From Macrostomum lignano (lineage: Eukaryota): DNA of 64,000 nt. The stretch lies in the NCBI GenBank assembly GCA_002269645.1, contig NIVC01001596.1, positions 1-64,000 on the forward strand, read 5' to 3'. Shown here piece by piece: positions 10,701 through 22,130 of this stretch (positions are counted from its first letter, which is position 1; every line of letters starts with the position of its first letter). The notes under the pieces were generated by a model. The model did no database searches. It was given only the letters and a program-made list of their open reading frames with translations, and had not been told where the DNA came from. The translations under genes were made by a program, and so were the position numbers.

Positions 10701-13653
10701 ATGAGCACAACTGGCCGGTTAGAGTCCACAGGCTCAGCCGTGACAGTGACCAAATGTATCTGATTTCCGCCTAGGGAATTGCCCAAGCACTGTTTAGAGA
10801 ATAAAATGTCTCCACCATCGGATCCAGCTGATTGCCATTCTTCTAAATCAGCCAGCAGTCTCGTATAGGTGTAAGGAATATAATAGGCCAGGTAGCAGAT
10901 ATCGCCGCTGTGTTTGAATGTGAGCGTGAAACTAGCCGTGTAATAGGGCACTCTGGGCCCGCTATTGGCAGTTTTCGGTCGCCAATATTGATTGCGATAA
11001 TAGCAGACATCTTTGCCGGCACGGAGCCAATAGGCCCGGCCTAGCATGGCCTCTTTAACGCTAAACAGCAGAGGCCGCATGCCGCAGGTAAACTGGGAGC
11101 CGGGCTTCTCACAATTGATTATGTTAAACCTGTAGGGCACGCCAGCTTCGCAGTTTGATAGGCGGAAATAGAACCATTGCAGGTGGCCGCGATGGCCAAT
11201 ATCCGGGTTCAGCAGCAGATCGTATTCCCGTCTGCGGACTTGGATTGCTCGGCGTAGATTGCCTGACTCGAAACGGGATTCGAATGTCAGGTGACTGTTG
11301 AGCTGCTGAGGAGGCTGCTGCTGCTGCAGTTCGAGTTCGTCCTCGTTAATTAAGCGATTAGTGTTGCTGGCCGCTGATCGAGATCGGGCGATGAGGTCGT
11401 CAAGGTCGTATACTACTCGGTCTATGATGTCGGAGGGGTCGATCCACCTGGGCGGGTGCAGGGTGCAGTGCTAGTAGTAGTTGCTTGAGTGTTCATATTC
11501 GATTCCCTATTCATTGCACCTGGAAAGACCGCCCCTCTAGTAAGCATCTAGGCCACCAACAGCTCCCAGATGCCTAGTTGCTGGGCCAGCCTCCCAGATC
11601 CTCAGTTGCTGGGCCAGCCTCCCAGATCATCAGTTTCTGGGCCAGCCTCCCAGATCCTCAGTTGCTGGGCCAGCCTCCCAGATCATCAGTTTCTGGGCCA
11701 GCCTCCCAGATCCTCAGTTTCTGGGCCAGCCTCCCAGATCCTCAGTTTCTGGGCCAGCCTCCCAGATCATCAGTTTCTGGGCCAGCCTCCCAGATCCTCA
11801 GTTGCTAGGCCAGCCTCCCAGATCTTCAGTTGCTAGGCCAGCCTCCCAGATCCCCCAGTTGCTGGGCCAGCCTCCCAGATCCTCAGTTTCTGGGCCAGCC
11901 TCTCAGATCCCCCAGTTGCTGGGCCAGCCTCCCAGATCTTCAGTTTCTGGGCCAGCCTCCCAGATCTTCAGTTGCTAGGCCAGCCTCCCAGATCCCCCAG
12001 TTGCTGGGCCAGCCTCCCAGATCCTCAGTTTCTGGGCCAGCCTCTCAGATCCCCCAGTTGCTGGGCCAGCCTCCCAGATCCTCAGTTTCTGGGCCAGCCT
12101 CCCAGATCCTCAGTTTCTGGGCCAGCCTCCCAGATCATCAGTTTCTGGGCCAGCCTCCCAGATCCTCAGTTGCTAGGCCAGCCTCCCAGATCCCCCAGTT
12201 GCTGGGCCAGCCTCCCAGATCCTCAGTTTCTGGGCCAGCCTCTCAGATCCCCCAGTTGCTGGGCCAGCCTCCCAGATCTTCAGTTTCTGGGCCAGCCTCC
12301 CAGATCCTCAGTTTCTGGGCCAGCCTCCCAGATCCTCAGTTTCTGGGCCAGCCTCCCAGATCCTCAGTTGCTGGGCCAGCCTCCCAGATCTTCAGTTTCT
12401 GGGCCAGCCTCCCAGATCCTCAGTTTCTGGGCCAGCCTCCCAGATCCTCAGTTTCTGGGCCAGCCTCCCAGATCATCAGTTTCCGGGCCAGCCTCCCAGA
12501 TCCCCCAGTTGCTGGGCCAGCCTCCCAGATCCTCAGTTGCTTGGCCAGCCTCCCAGAGTGCCAGTTGCTGGGTTAACCTCTCAGACCCTGAATTGCTGGG
12601 CCCCAAACAACCCCAGACGCATGGACCCTTATCTGATAAGCAATACCATTCAAAATAACATAACCAGAAGCTCAGCGCACCTCCTAGCATCCTCCAGCAC
12701 CAGAGCCTGCGTGCAGACGGACTTCCGCTCGGTCAGAGCCTCCCTATACGGCGGCGAAGTTGCTCCGATGAGGTCCGGATAGCCCAGCATTTGAAATCTA
12801 GCTACGGACTTAACGCGATTACTCAAACGTACGTAGCGTTCGGTTAGGATTGAAACGCCACTAGAGTCTGAAGTTGTCGATAGCCAAGGCGACACTCGCT
12901 GCTGCTGCTGCTGCTGCTGCTGCTGACTACGCGAAGTGAGGGGCTTAGCCGCAACTGACAGTAGCGAAGTATCAGTAGCCGACAATCGCATCGATTTAGT
13001 CAAGGACTGCTCCAAAGACGCCATCATATTGGACGAGTTCAATAGATAACTAGCGGACGAAGCTAAACCGGATGACTGCTTAGACAGGCAGGGCAAGCTG
13101 ACGGGCCCAGGCGATGCCTGGCTAGCCGCCTCCTGGCTAATCAGATGCCCGTAGGCGGCGTTCAATTCGGCAAGGCTGCGACCGTCGCAGTCATCAGCTT
13201 CAAAGGAATCAGCCCCGGCCTGATGACTGTTATCGTCTCCGTTCGCGTTGTCCTCGTCGTCGAGGTCATCATCATCGTCGAATTCTTCGTCATCATCATC
13301 ATCATCATCGTCGTCGTCTAGATCGTCGTTGTCGACAAGATCGCAGCTGTTGTGATTATCGGCCTGATAGCTGGGCAGCGCAGAGCCGGCCGTAGCCGAC
13401 TGCTGATAGCGCAGATTAACATTGTGAGGCGACATTGGCGTTGGCACTGGTAGGCGAGTTCTTGGAGCGCATTGGCGCAGGATTAGGGTAGCAGCCGAGG
13501 TCAGGGGTTCGAGCTCGGCATTGCCTAGAGAACCGCGGCACAGCTGATAGAGAGCTTCAGCGCCGCCGAGTTCCATCAGAGCCCGACGGCCGGCTCTGCG
13601 ATTTGAATAATTAGAGAAATTAGGCTTTGACGTAGCGGAGCGTCAACGCGTCC

Positions 13654-13721
<68 letters not shown>

Positions 13722-16537
13722 AAAGGTCCCAGATTCGATTCCGCTAATTAAATTTTGGGCGGTTGTTAAATTTAAATAATAATAATTGGTTACACCTGCC
13801 CGAATTGGGCAGGTGTGCAACCAACAGCTCAGCCGCAGCTATTGCTGTTCGGTCCAAGGACTGGGGGGTCGCTACACACACCTTCAATTCACCTTCACCT
13901 CCAGCTAATACTGGCACCAATTTTACAGCTGGGTGAGCTGACGCAATGCAGAGTTAAGCCCTAAGTGTCTTGCTCAAGGACACAAATTGTTCCAAGTAGG
14001 ATCTGGAATCGAACCCCTGTCCTTGAAGTCGTGAGTTCGACGCTCTGACCACTAGGCTACAAACCCAGATCGTTCCGTTCGTGGGTCGAAAATCGAACCT
14101 CCGCGCCTTGACTAACTTAAACTAGCTGGGGAAAAAGTGGGGGGAGAAATAGCAAGAATAGCGAGAAATAACTCCTCACCGAACAGCGGTCAGCTGTTTC
14201 AGCAGCAGCAGCAGGGCACGCCTAATTGGTACATTTCTATTCCGATTGTCTCTACGCTGCCAGTCTTCGAACTGAGCCAATGCCAGGCCCAGTCCGCCGT
14301 TGCCCAACGCTCTGGCAGCGTTAGATCGCAGCCTAGTCAAGCAAATCAACGTGTCTAACGCCAGTTTCAATAGCGTTAGCTGACGCCTGCCGCACTGCTC
14401 GGTCAGTTTCAATAACTGTTGAACCGCCCCGGATCTGCCAGCGGCTGCGGCATTGCGCTGGCTGGACAAGCAGGCGGATTTTAATAGGGCCAACGGTACG
14501 TGAGCTTGACGCCCGGAGCCGGGACTGGCTAGGGCGCAGTGGCGCAGCAGGCTCAGTGTGATTGGCAGGCACTGGTGCTGGCGGAGCCTGGCTGGTAGGC
14601 GCTTGTCTTTGGGTGCTAGCTTAGTTAGAATCTGCGCGATTGGTGGTATGGTTTCCAGGCTCGTTTGTTAATTAACTTTTTGACTTAAACCTAGCGCTTA
14701 AAAACTGGTAAGGAATGTTGCATAAGTGAGGTGATTTGGCGAATGATATAAGGTTAATTTTGGTGTAAAAAGCCTACTTATTATCTCAATTATTTGTTAA
14801 GGTGACTCATGGGGAAACAGGTGAGATACTGGTAGATCAGTACAATGTGACTCATGGGGAAACAGGTGAGATACTGGTAGATCAGTACAGTGTGACTCAC
14901 AGGGAACAGGTGAGATACTGGTAGATCAGTACAATGTGACTCACAGGGAAACAGGTGAGATACTGGTAGATCAGTACACTGTGAATCACAGGGGAACAGG
15001 TGAGATACTGGTAGATCAGTACACTGTGACTCACAGGGGAACAGGTGAGATACTGGTAGATCAGTGCAATGTGACTCACAGGGGAAACAGGTGAGATACT
15101 GGTAGATCAGTACAGTGTGACTCACGGGGAAACAGGTGAGATACTGGTAGATCAGTACAGTGTGACTCACAAGGGAACAGGTGAGATACTGGTAGATCAG
15201 TACAATGTGAATCACAGGGGAACAGGTGAGATACTGGTAGATCAGTACACTGTGAATCACAGGGAAACAGGTGAGATACTGGTAGATCAGTACACTGTGA
15301 ATCACAGGGAAACAGGTGAGATACTGGTAGATCAGTACACTGTGAATCACAGGGGAACAGGTGAGATACTGGTAGATCAGTACAGTGTGACTCACAAGGG
15401 AACAGGTGAGATACTGGTAGATCAGTACAATGTGACTCACAGGGAAACAGGTGAGATACTGGTAGATCAGTACAATGTGACTCGCAGGGAAACAGGTGAG
15501 ATACTGGTAGATCAGTACAATGTGACTCGCAGGGAAACAGGTGAGATACTGGTAGATCAGTACAATGTGACTCGCAGGGAAACAGGTGAGATACTGGTAG
15601 ATCAGTACAATGTGACTCGCAGGGAAACAGGTGAGATACTGGTAGATCAGTACAATGTGACTCACAGGGAAACAGGTGAGATACTGGTAGATCAGTACAA
15701 TGTGACTCACAGGGCACAAGTGAGATATTGGGTAGATAAGTACAATGTGACTCACAGGGCACAAGTGAGATATTGGGTAGATAAGTACAATGTGACTCAC
15801 AGGGCACAAGTGAGATATTGGGTAGATAAGTACAATGTGACTCACAGGGCACAAGTGAGATATTGGGTAGATAAGTACAATGTGACTCACAGGGAACAGG
15901 TGATGAAGGTGACAACCAATTAGAAACAGATTGCGAACACTCACCTGATGCAGCAGCATTAACATGGCTTCGTTTGGTGCAGATTCGCGCCATTCCTGCG
16001 CCATAGACTGGCAGAGCGCCATTGTGGCGCCATGTTTAACAAAAACTTGAGCCCGTCTAGCTGTGTTGGCGTGGCCCAACAGTTCAGCAATGCAGTTAGC
16101 TGTGCACAGCTGCACAGATCTGTCTGGCACACTTTGTAGGGTGAGCACTAGGCTTTGAGCATAATTTGGCTGGCGCAACAGCAAATCTCGGTTGAGCTTG
16201 TCTGTGAATTTGGGTGGCAGTGACGGTGCTTAACTCAAGGAACTGGGAACAGAGATAGATAGACTCTCTACTTACCCTGATTTTGCAGTGCTTGTAGCAG
16301 CCTCGATATCACTGAGCGAATATTGCCATAGCCAGAATCGTCCAATCTGACTCTACTATGATTAGCAGAATTTCTATGATGCTTAATTAGAGCTTCAAAA
16401 TAGTTTTTAATCTTGCTTCTGAAATTAAAGTTTAATTACAAACTTGTCATGGAGATAATCAAAGCACAATTATATTATTATGAGCATAATAAACAATTAT
16501 ATTATTTTTTCATAAGCATTTAAACTTACCCATCCAT
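7777..16537 (-). CDS. AGTPBP1: Cytosolic carboxypeptidase 1 (Nna1/CCP1-type M14 tubulin deglutamylase), 10 exons, 1148 aa
   Basis: Exons 16537-16530, 16373-16276, 16228-15945, 14631-14180, 13595-12681, 11447-10617, 9851-9695, 9299-9027, 8392-8136, 7948-7777. All introns GT-AG with consistent phases, total 3447 nt. ARM-like N-region ([23 protein letters not shown]), [16 protein letters not shown], zinc-ligand motifs RVHPGE and [22 protein letters not shown] and catalytic YTLEAS. The first two small exons are the least certain. Confidence 0.95.
8590..8830. repeat. 29-bp minisatellite in CCP1 intron 8, with degenerate GGGAT-rich flanks over 8460-9000
   Basis: Unit gggatgcaggatttgggatctggggatct, about 8 copies. 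Confidence 0.9.
9365..9600. repeat. 33-34-bp minisatellite in CCP1 intron 7
   Basis: Unit ccgggtcaatactgtcaggtgatcatctgacat, about 6-7 copies, containing the palindrome TGTCAG-N8-CTGACA. Confidence 0.9.
9951..10567. repeat. Perfect 38-bp minisatellite in CCP1 intron 6
   Basis: Unit gaccggaagtgattagcagagaaatcaaggaactccag, about 16 identical copies. Confidence 0.97.
11565..12575. repeat. 28/29-bp minisatellite in CCP1 intron 5
   Basis: Unit ctgggccagcctcccagatcctcagtt(t/g), about 36 copies. Confidence 0.97.
13655..13719. repeat. (CT)n microsatellite in CCP1 intron 4
   Basis: About 32 CT dinucleotides. Confidence 0.97.
13775..14060 (-). mobile_element. tRNA-derived CORE-SINE, copy 2, in CCP1 intron 4
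   Basis: A box TAGCCTAGTGG, B box GGTTCGATTCC, CORE-like block, a 3' stem-loop ACACCTGCCC-gaatt-GGGCAGGTGT (13792-13816) and an (ATT)n tail. Confidence 0.9.
14803..15900. repeat. 45-bp minisatellite in CCP1 intron 3
   Basis: Unit gtgactcacagggaaacaggtgagatactggtagatcagtacaat, about 24 copies, with variant units clustered at 15700-15890. Confidence 0.97.
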
Positions 16538-16718
16538 GATATGTGAAAGCAGATTAGTAAGCCTTCTAATTTTGCAGTTAAAAAAGTTTAAACATCCAAA
16601 GGCATCTGAAAAGGGTGATTTTTCTGCTGTTTTGTTATCACAATCAGATATATCCAAATATAGTAAGGCAAGCTGTATAAACTAAGTTCATATAATATTA
16701 TATAGCCTAGCAATAGAC

Positions 16719-16935
16719 CAGTGGCCTAGCCAGGGGGGGACCAAGGGGGGGGGTGCCTCCCCCCAATTGCCTAAGGGGGTGGGGTTGGGCACAATGGGTA
16801 CCAAAAACCATAAGGCAATTGACTGCCTGCGGCACTAAAATGAGTGCCTGCAGCACCAAAAGTGGCAATGGCATAAGGCATGGCCAGCCAGGCCAACCCC
16901 CCTCCCACTAATTAAAATTCCTAGCTATACCATTG
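16719..16935. mobile_element. Old hAT-type MITE (217 bp)
   Basis: Degenerate terminal inverted repeats CAGTGGCCTAGCCAGG / CCTAGCTATACCATTG and an 8-bp target-site duplication caatagac / taatagac (7 of 8 match), the length typical of hAT elements. Confidence 0.7.
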
Positions 16936-16966
16936 TAATAGACAAGATAAGGGGCTATAATATAAG

Positions 16967-17222
16967 AGGCTATGTCAAGCTATGAAATAGCACTAAAAAC
17001 TTTACTTGCAACTTCAGCTGGAATTGAATAAGACCAAAGTTTAAAAATATATATTTTAATTTTACACAAGAGTTTTATACACCAATAAGGGTCTTAATAT
17101 AAGGGGCTATGTCAAGCTATGAAATAGCACTAAAAACTTTATTTGCAACTTTAGCTGGAATTGAATAAGACTAAAGTTTAAAAATACATGTTTTAATTTT
17201 ACACAAGAGTTTTATACACCAA
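16967..17222. repeat. Two-copy ~134-bp tandem duplication
   Basis: ggctatgtcaagctatgaaatagcactaaaaacttt...ttttatacaccaa occurs twice. Confidence 0.9.
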
Positions 17223-18322
17223 CCCAACATAAAATAGCATTTTTATATGAATAAAATTTATGATCCCTTGGCCTTAGTTGGAGCCCAAAAAATTTTCCAC
17301 AAGGCAAATTTTGCCTTGTAACCATTTTTGACATAAACTAGCTTTTAGAATGAATAAAGTGCCCCCCTCCCCTCAAAATTTTCTAGACCCCCGTCTGATA
17401 GCTATTTAATCAATTAAAAACTATTTTAGGAAATTTATTCATATATTGCTGCTGGTTAGTCAGAAGTTTTGGGACCCAACGAGCAACAACATGTGACATA
17501 CATGTTTTATACATTCATAATTTTTCATTAGCATCAGCGTTATCAAAACAAAAGGATGCAAAAAATTATTTTATGCAGGAATTAGGCTCAAGTGAAACAG
17601 TGGTGAAAATTAACAAATAACCAAGTAAAAGTAATAAATTATGTTATGCAGATACAGGCCCTGGCGTATAGCTCGTAGGTTGGTCAATTATAACCACGTT
17701 AACTAATTATTAATTTTAAAGCCTTCTAAATTAGTGCGTTAAATAGTTCGAATTATAAGCTTACCTTTAATAGATAAAAAAATTTATTTCCTAATTAATA
17801 AAAACCTCTTTAACTGGGTTTTAGGCTATAGTATCTTCTAAACTTTATTTTGCAAATAATTATAAACTTGGCTTGTTAAACTAAAATAAAAATTAAAAAA
17901 AATTCGAATTTGAAGATTTCGAAAATGAAAATGCGCCATTAGTAATCCATAAGTAGATATCACTTCTCAGTAACTGGCCTCGCTAGGGTCTTAAGGTCTT
18001 TAAGGCATCTTTAAGGCTTTATACCTTACCTCATTACCTGGCACTGCCTGTCTCCACGTATACACAGTTTAAAAAACTTTTGCCTCAGATTCAACCAGAG
18101 TTGCATGTTTCAATTGATTAATTTATTACACTACTACAGTTAATGTAACTTTTAATTGTTTGGTACATTTTGTCTTTTGATATATTGCCAATTAATCAAA
18201 ATCTGATTTTATTCTACTAGTCCTAATTTTCATCTGCTATAGGCTCTACCTCTTTTCAGTAGTCAGTGGCAAGGTGAAAAAATATGTTTATTTATTTTTA
18301 TGTTAACTTCAATTCAAAGACG

Positions 18323-19387
18323 AGTATAACTTTGGCTGTCAACTATTCCGTCAACTATTCCATCAACATTTCATGTTAGTAGGATAAATAACTTTGTCAA
18401 CTTTTCCATCAACTATTCCATCAACTTTTCTGTTAACTTTTCCATCAAGTTTCCATTAAATTTTTCCATTAACTCTTCTGTCAACATTTCTGCTTACTAT
18501 TCCATTAACTTTTCCACCAAATAAGCCTATCTTATCACTTTTCCATTAACTATTTCATCAACATTTATGCAAGTCCGTAAAATATTCTATCAAATTATTT
18601 GTGTCCTCTGAATGAAAAGTGATAATTTTTTACACAAGTGCAGTTTCCTTTAAATTTGTTGAGTATATATGTACATGTATAAATAATAAATAAATAAACA
18701 CATACAAAAATTTCCAGCGCAACATGTTCCAGAATTTAATTGGCATTGCTACACTACCTGCACTACAACATCTGTACTTGTTCATTGATTTATCTTTGTG
18801 AAATAAAGCACTGGTACTAGGGAAAATGGAAAAGATGCACATTGTTACTAATGCAGGCTTGTTTTTTCATTGATATATAACCTGATTGCAGCGCATGGGC
18901 ATTTTGGCGGACGGCGTCCGGCGCGGATCTAATACGGCGCGGCGCGGCGCGTACGGCGCGCGGCGATTAGTACGGCGCGGCGCGGTACTAATTAGATGCC
19001 GAGGCATTTAGGCTTGATAAGACAGTCATAGTTACTCCTGCCGTTTACCCAAAACTGCGTTAATTTTGCTTTAGAGTTTCTTTCATAGGTAAGTCATTTC
19101 ACAGCGTGGCGCAGGTTGTGTAGGCGTCTGGCGTACTTAAGCCATGCGCTGCAATAGGGATATATAAGCATGCAAACACAATAAATGATCAAAGAGCTAC
19201 TCGCATGATGATCCTATTTGAGAAAGTCACATGTTTTTCAGAACAATAAATTGTTGATGGAAAAGTTGACAGAATACTTGACAGAAAAGTTGATGGAAAA
19301 GTTAATGGAAAAGTTAATAGAAAATTTGATAGAAAAGTTACCAGAAAAGTTGAAGGAAAAATTGATATTGATAGCCAAAGTTATACT
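18323..19387. mobile_element. Foldback-like element A with inverted arrays of 12-bp subrepeats
   Basis: Termini AGTATAACTTTGGCT / AGCCAAAGTTATACT, with (tcaacttttcca)-type arrays on the left and (tggaaaagttga)-type arrays on the right. Confidence 0.6.
18874..19166. mobile_element. CpG-rich MITE (~290 bp) nested in foldback element A
   Basis: Perfect 14-bp inverted repeat ATTGCAGCGCATGG (18885-18898) / CCATGCGCTGCAAT (19142-19155), TATATA on both flanks and internal GGCGC repeats. Confidence 0.7.
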
Positions 19388-20048
19388 TGTATTCAAAGTC
19401 AAATTTTACATTTCAAATAAAATTTCTAAAGTTCTTAACTTTTAGATGTAGGCCTATTCTAATGCTTAGGTATTAATTTTATTCCTAGTTATATAAAAGA
19501 TAGATAACTAAGTTAATTAGTATTAAGGACTTAGTAAGGGCCTAGTGACTTGCCAATATGCCAATAGGGAAAGAGCCTAGGCTATAAAAGGCAAACTAAG
19601 TAAAAATTATATTTTAAAAATGAATAACTTTGTCATCCAGGGAAAACTTTTTTAAATAAAAAATTAAAAATATATATTTATTTGGCTTTTACTCATTGAG
19701 TCATTAAGTAAGGTCAAAGTGGTAATAAACTATTATCTTTTTTATAAAATAAAGGTTATTTTAAGAACTGTGGCAAAAATATGTGCTTTTGTTTATTGTA
19801 TGTATGTTTTGTATGTGTCTTTTGATATTCTAATATAATTTTACAAAATATTTTTAATAGTCATAATCATATAATAACCTACAACCAATTTAGATATACA
19901 ATTTTTAGAAAAACATTTTTTGTTGGCATCATTCTACATGCAATATGAGTAGGCCTAGGTCTATAAAATGAGTAAAATATATGCAAGGCTTTCAATGTTT
20001 GGTATACTAATTTTACCAAGAGACTTGATTAGTCCTATTCTATTGCAT

Positions 20049-20750
20049 GTGTTGTGTCTCAGCCTGATGGCTGCTGGATAGGTCAGGGTTTGGGTCCCCC
20101 CACCTGAGACACCCTAGTCCCAGCCCTCTACCCTGGCTACTCTTACATGCCCCTTGCTCAGCTTGGCAAGAGTTTGCCAGACCAACCACCCTGAGATCAG
20201 CAAGTGTTCACTGGTCCCAGGTCCCTACTAGCTCCTGGCCCTACGCGGCAACCCAAAAGATAAAAGCACGCGCTCACCTTTGCATTTACAGACTTATCTG
20301 CAAAGTGTTTATTGGCACAAAGCAGAACAGTCAGCAATTGCAGGAGTTACAACAAGTTATTAGCTTGCAGAGAGCAGGTTTGTAGGATGACACCAAAGAA
20401 ATGGAAAGGAATACAAAAATATGTGGGGTGCAACATGCTCAGGGTGGGCCCTTAAATAATATTGTACACAAACAGGGGGGAGGGGTGGGGCAGACAGGAG
20501 AGGGCAAGCCAAACTCTGGGGCCCAGCTGGCTTATCAGCCAGCCAGCCAATACAAGCAGCCCTAGGGTGAGGTGGGACAAAGGGAGGAATAGGGCAAGCA
20601 CTTAGATTAGACAAGAATTGGGACAGAGGGCTGGGTGCAGAAAAGGCTAGGCCAGGGTTGAGGCTTACGCCTCTTACAAACCCTGGCCTGGCGCAAGACA
20701 AGGGATAGGGCAGGGTGGCATGAAAAAATGAAAACAAGGCAAAGTACACA
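20049..20750 (-). mobile_element. GC-rich, CpG-depleted insertion, possible solo LTR
   Basis: Abrupt GC-rich block in AT-rich surroundings. Minus strand has TG...CA ends, a TATTTAA box and AATAAA. No target-site duplication recognised. Confidence 0.25.
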
Positions 20751-20789
20751 AGTGCAGCCCAATAGATGCCATATTAGAATAAATTTTAG

Positions 20790-22130
20790 AGTATAACTTT
20801 GGCTATAAACTTTACCATCAATAGTTTCATTTATTTTTCTCATGCTTAGGTGCAACCTAGGGATTCACCTAGCCATTTCTATTGGCAACATACATAAATT
20901 GCTATTGAATAGAATGGTAGTCACATGACTGCTCTCAGCCAATAGTGACTTATATGTGTGTGTTGCCAATAGAAATGGCTAGGTGAATCCCTAAGTTGTG
21001 CATGTATGGTTTTTTCTGTCAACTATTCTATCAACTATTCCATTAACTATTCTATCAACTTTTCCATCAACTTTTCTATTGACTTTTCTGTCAACTTTTG
21101 CCTTAACTTTTCTATTATTCTTTATACAATTTGCATATTTATGTCTTTGAAAATTATTGAACTACATAATTGGTATTTTTAATTCAATTTATTTTAATGC
21201 ACAAAAGCATATTTCCAATTTTTTTGTTTTTAAATGCATTTACAGAGGCATTATCATTGAGGGAAGCAAAGAAAAACTATGGGCCCACAGAGACATATGT
21301 CAACAATGTACTTTATTTGTCCTTCCCCTAACCCCATCTTGTAAAATGTTATGGTAATCAATAATTTTGTTTTAGGAAGGCAACAAAACATAGTGCTTGC
21401 AGTGCCATAATGAGCATTGACAATACCAATTCTAAAAATAATGTACATGTAGGAATTTAAGTCATAAAATGTACATATAAAATTCTTGGCTCTATCCCTC
21501 AATTTCTAGTCCTTACCATATAATCCATGCATGGTCAATGCCATTGGTGCATGTTTTTAGTATACATAATCTTTATGCATTTCATATACATGTATATATA
21601 TAGATCAACTACATGCACATATAGCAAGGCAACATGCAATATTTTCATTAAATATGCACCACATTATTATAAGACATACATGTATATAACAATATAAATA
21701 TATGTACAAATAGATAAACAATACATGTACAATTGCAATACAAATTAACAAGTATACAATGTATATATATATACAAATAGTAAGCAGAAATATCATTTAA
21801 CTTCTCTAGCATATATTTTGTACTATAAATTTTAGCATTTTTTATTTATCTTCAATTTAAGCATGCAAAAAATTTGCAAGGGAAATTAAAAAAATATCAC
21901 ATTCAATCCATTTGGTACATGGCCAGAAAAGTTGACAGAATAGTTAACAGAATAGTTGTTAGAAAAGTTGACAGAATAGTTGATAAAATATTTGACAGAA
22001 AAGTTTATGAAAGAGTAAACAGAAAAGTTGACAAAAAAATTGATAGATAAAGTTTTATATCCATCTTACTAGAAAAGTTTATGGAAAAATAAATGGAAAA
22101 CTTGATAGAAAAGTAAATGGAAGTTATACT
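20790..22130. mobile_element. Foldback-like element B (same family as A)
   Basis: AGTATAACTTTGGCT at 20790 and GTTATACT at 22123-22130, with inverted 12-bp subrepeat arrays at 21010-21110 and 21925-22120. Confidence 0.55.
20853..20998. repeat. 146-bp hairpin, probably a mini-MITE
   Basis: ~38-bp arms caac(c/t)tagggattcacctagccatttctattggcaaca in inverted orientation with a single mismatch. Confidence 0.85.

Noticed and set aside
13975-14060. tRNA gene (A and B boxes), also near 6420-6480
   Set aside because: No complete cloverleaf or acceptor stem, and it is followed by a CORE domain, so it is a SINE head.
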